64,000 bases of DNA from the human T2T-CHM13v2.0 reference genome, Homo sapiens, in assembly GCF_009914755.1 (NCBI RefSeq), contig NC_060930.1; one strand, 5' to 3'. Shown here in pieces: positions 63,801 to 64,000 of the stretch (its first letter is position 1; each line of letters starts with the position of its first letter). Both the position numbers and the translations under genes were made by a program. The notes beneath the pieces are model-generated. The model was not told the DNA's origin. It saw nothing but the letters and a program-made list of their open reading frames with translations, and ran no database searches.

Positions 63801-63921
63801 GGGAGCTCTGCTCAGAAACTGAGAGGCAGGCAGGTAAATGACTGAAGGAGACGAAGAGACAACAGGGCCCGGAGTGCAACAGAGAGGTACAGGGAGCTTA
63901 TCCCTCTACAGTGTCTGTCTG

Positions 63922-64000
63922 GTTTGTTTATTCATTTATTTATTTTAATTCATAAAAGTTATATATATTTATGGTGTACAACATGAAGTTTTGATATATG
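63922..64000 (-). mobile_element. L1 (L1MA-like) 3' end running off the window
   Basis: TATATATTTATGGTGTACAACATGAAGTTTTGATATATG. Confidence 0.8.

Overview
This is human (primate) genomic DNA, almost entirely intronic. The one credible coding segment is a minus-strand 202-nt exon (12216-12417) encoding MKKEGSSGSF...RAQPRK. I recognise it from memory as the isoform-specific N-terminus (alternative first exon) of NHSL1 (NHS-like 1, chr6q24), and it ends in a phase-1 GT donor. The rest is interspersed repeats: about 43 Alu elements or fragments, plus L1, L2, MIR, MLT1 LTRs, MER1B, MER63, MER44 and MER5 DNA transposons and microsatellites. Nearly all other ORFs in the track are Alu-derived or chance. 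I found no new multi-gene system. The best unexplained structures are: (1) a tailless retrocopy of the 5' half of tRNA-Asp(GTC) between 14-bp target-site duplications (29342-29412); (2) a complex local inverted duplication with a perfect 21-bp triplication and templated snippets (4745-5021 vs 5780-6027); (3) a candidate additional minus-strand promoter and first exon near 9556-10050; (4) a strong CTCF site with its upstream module (29490-29523); (5) a PP1-docking-like RVxF motif and an in-frame uORF tied to the NHSL1 exon. Repeat subfamily names and boundaries were assigned by eye and are approximate.
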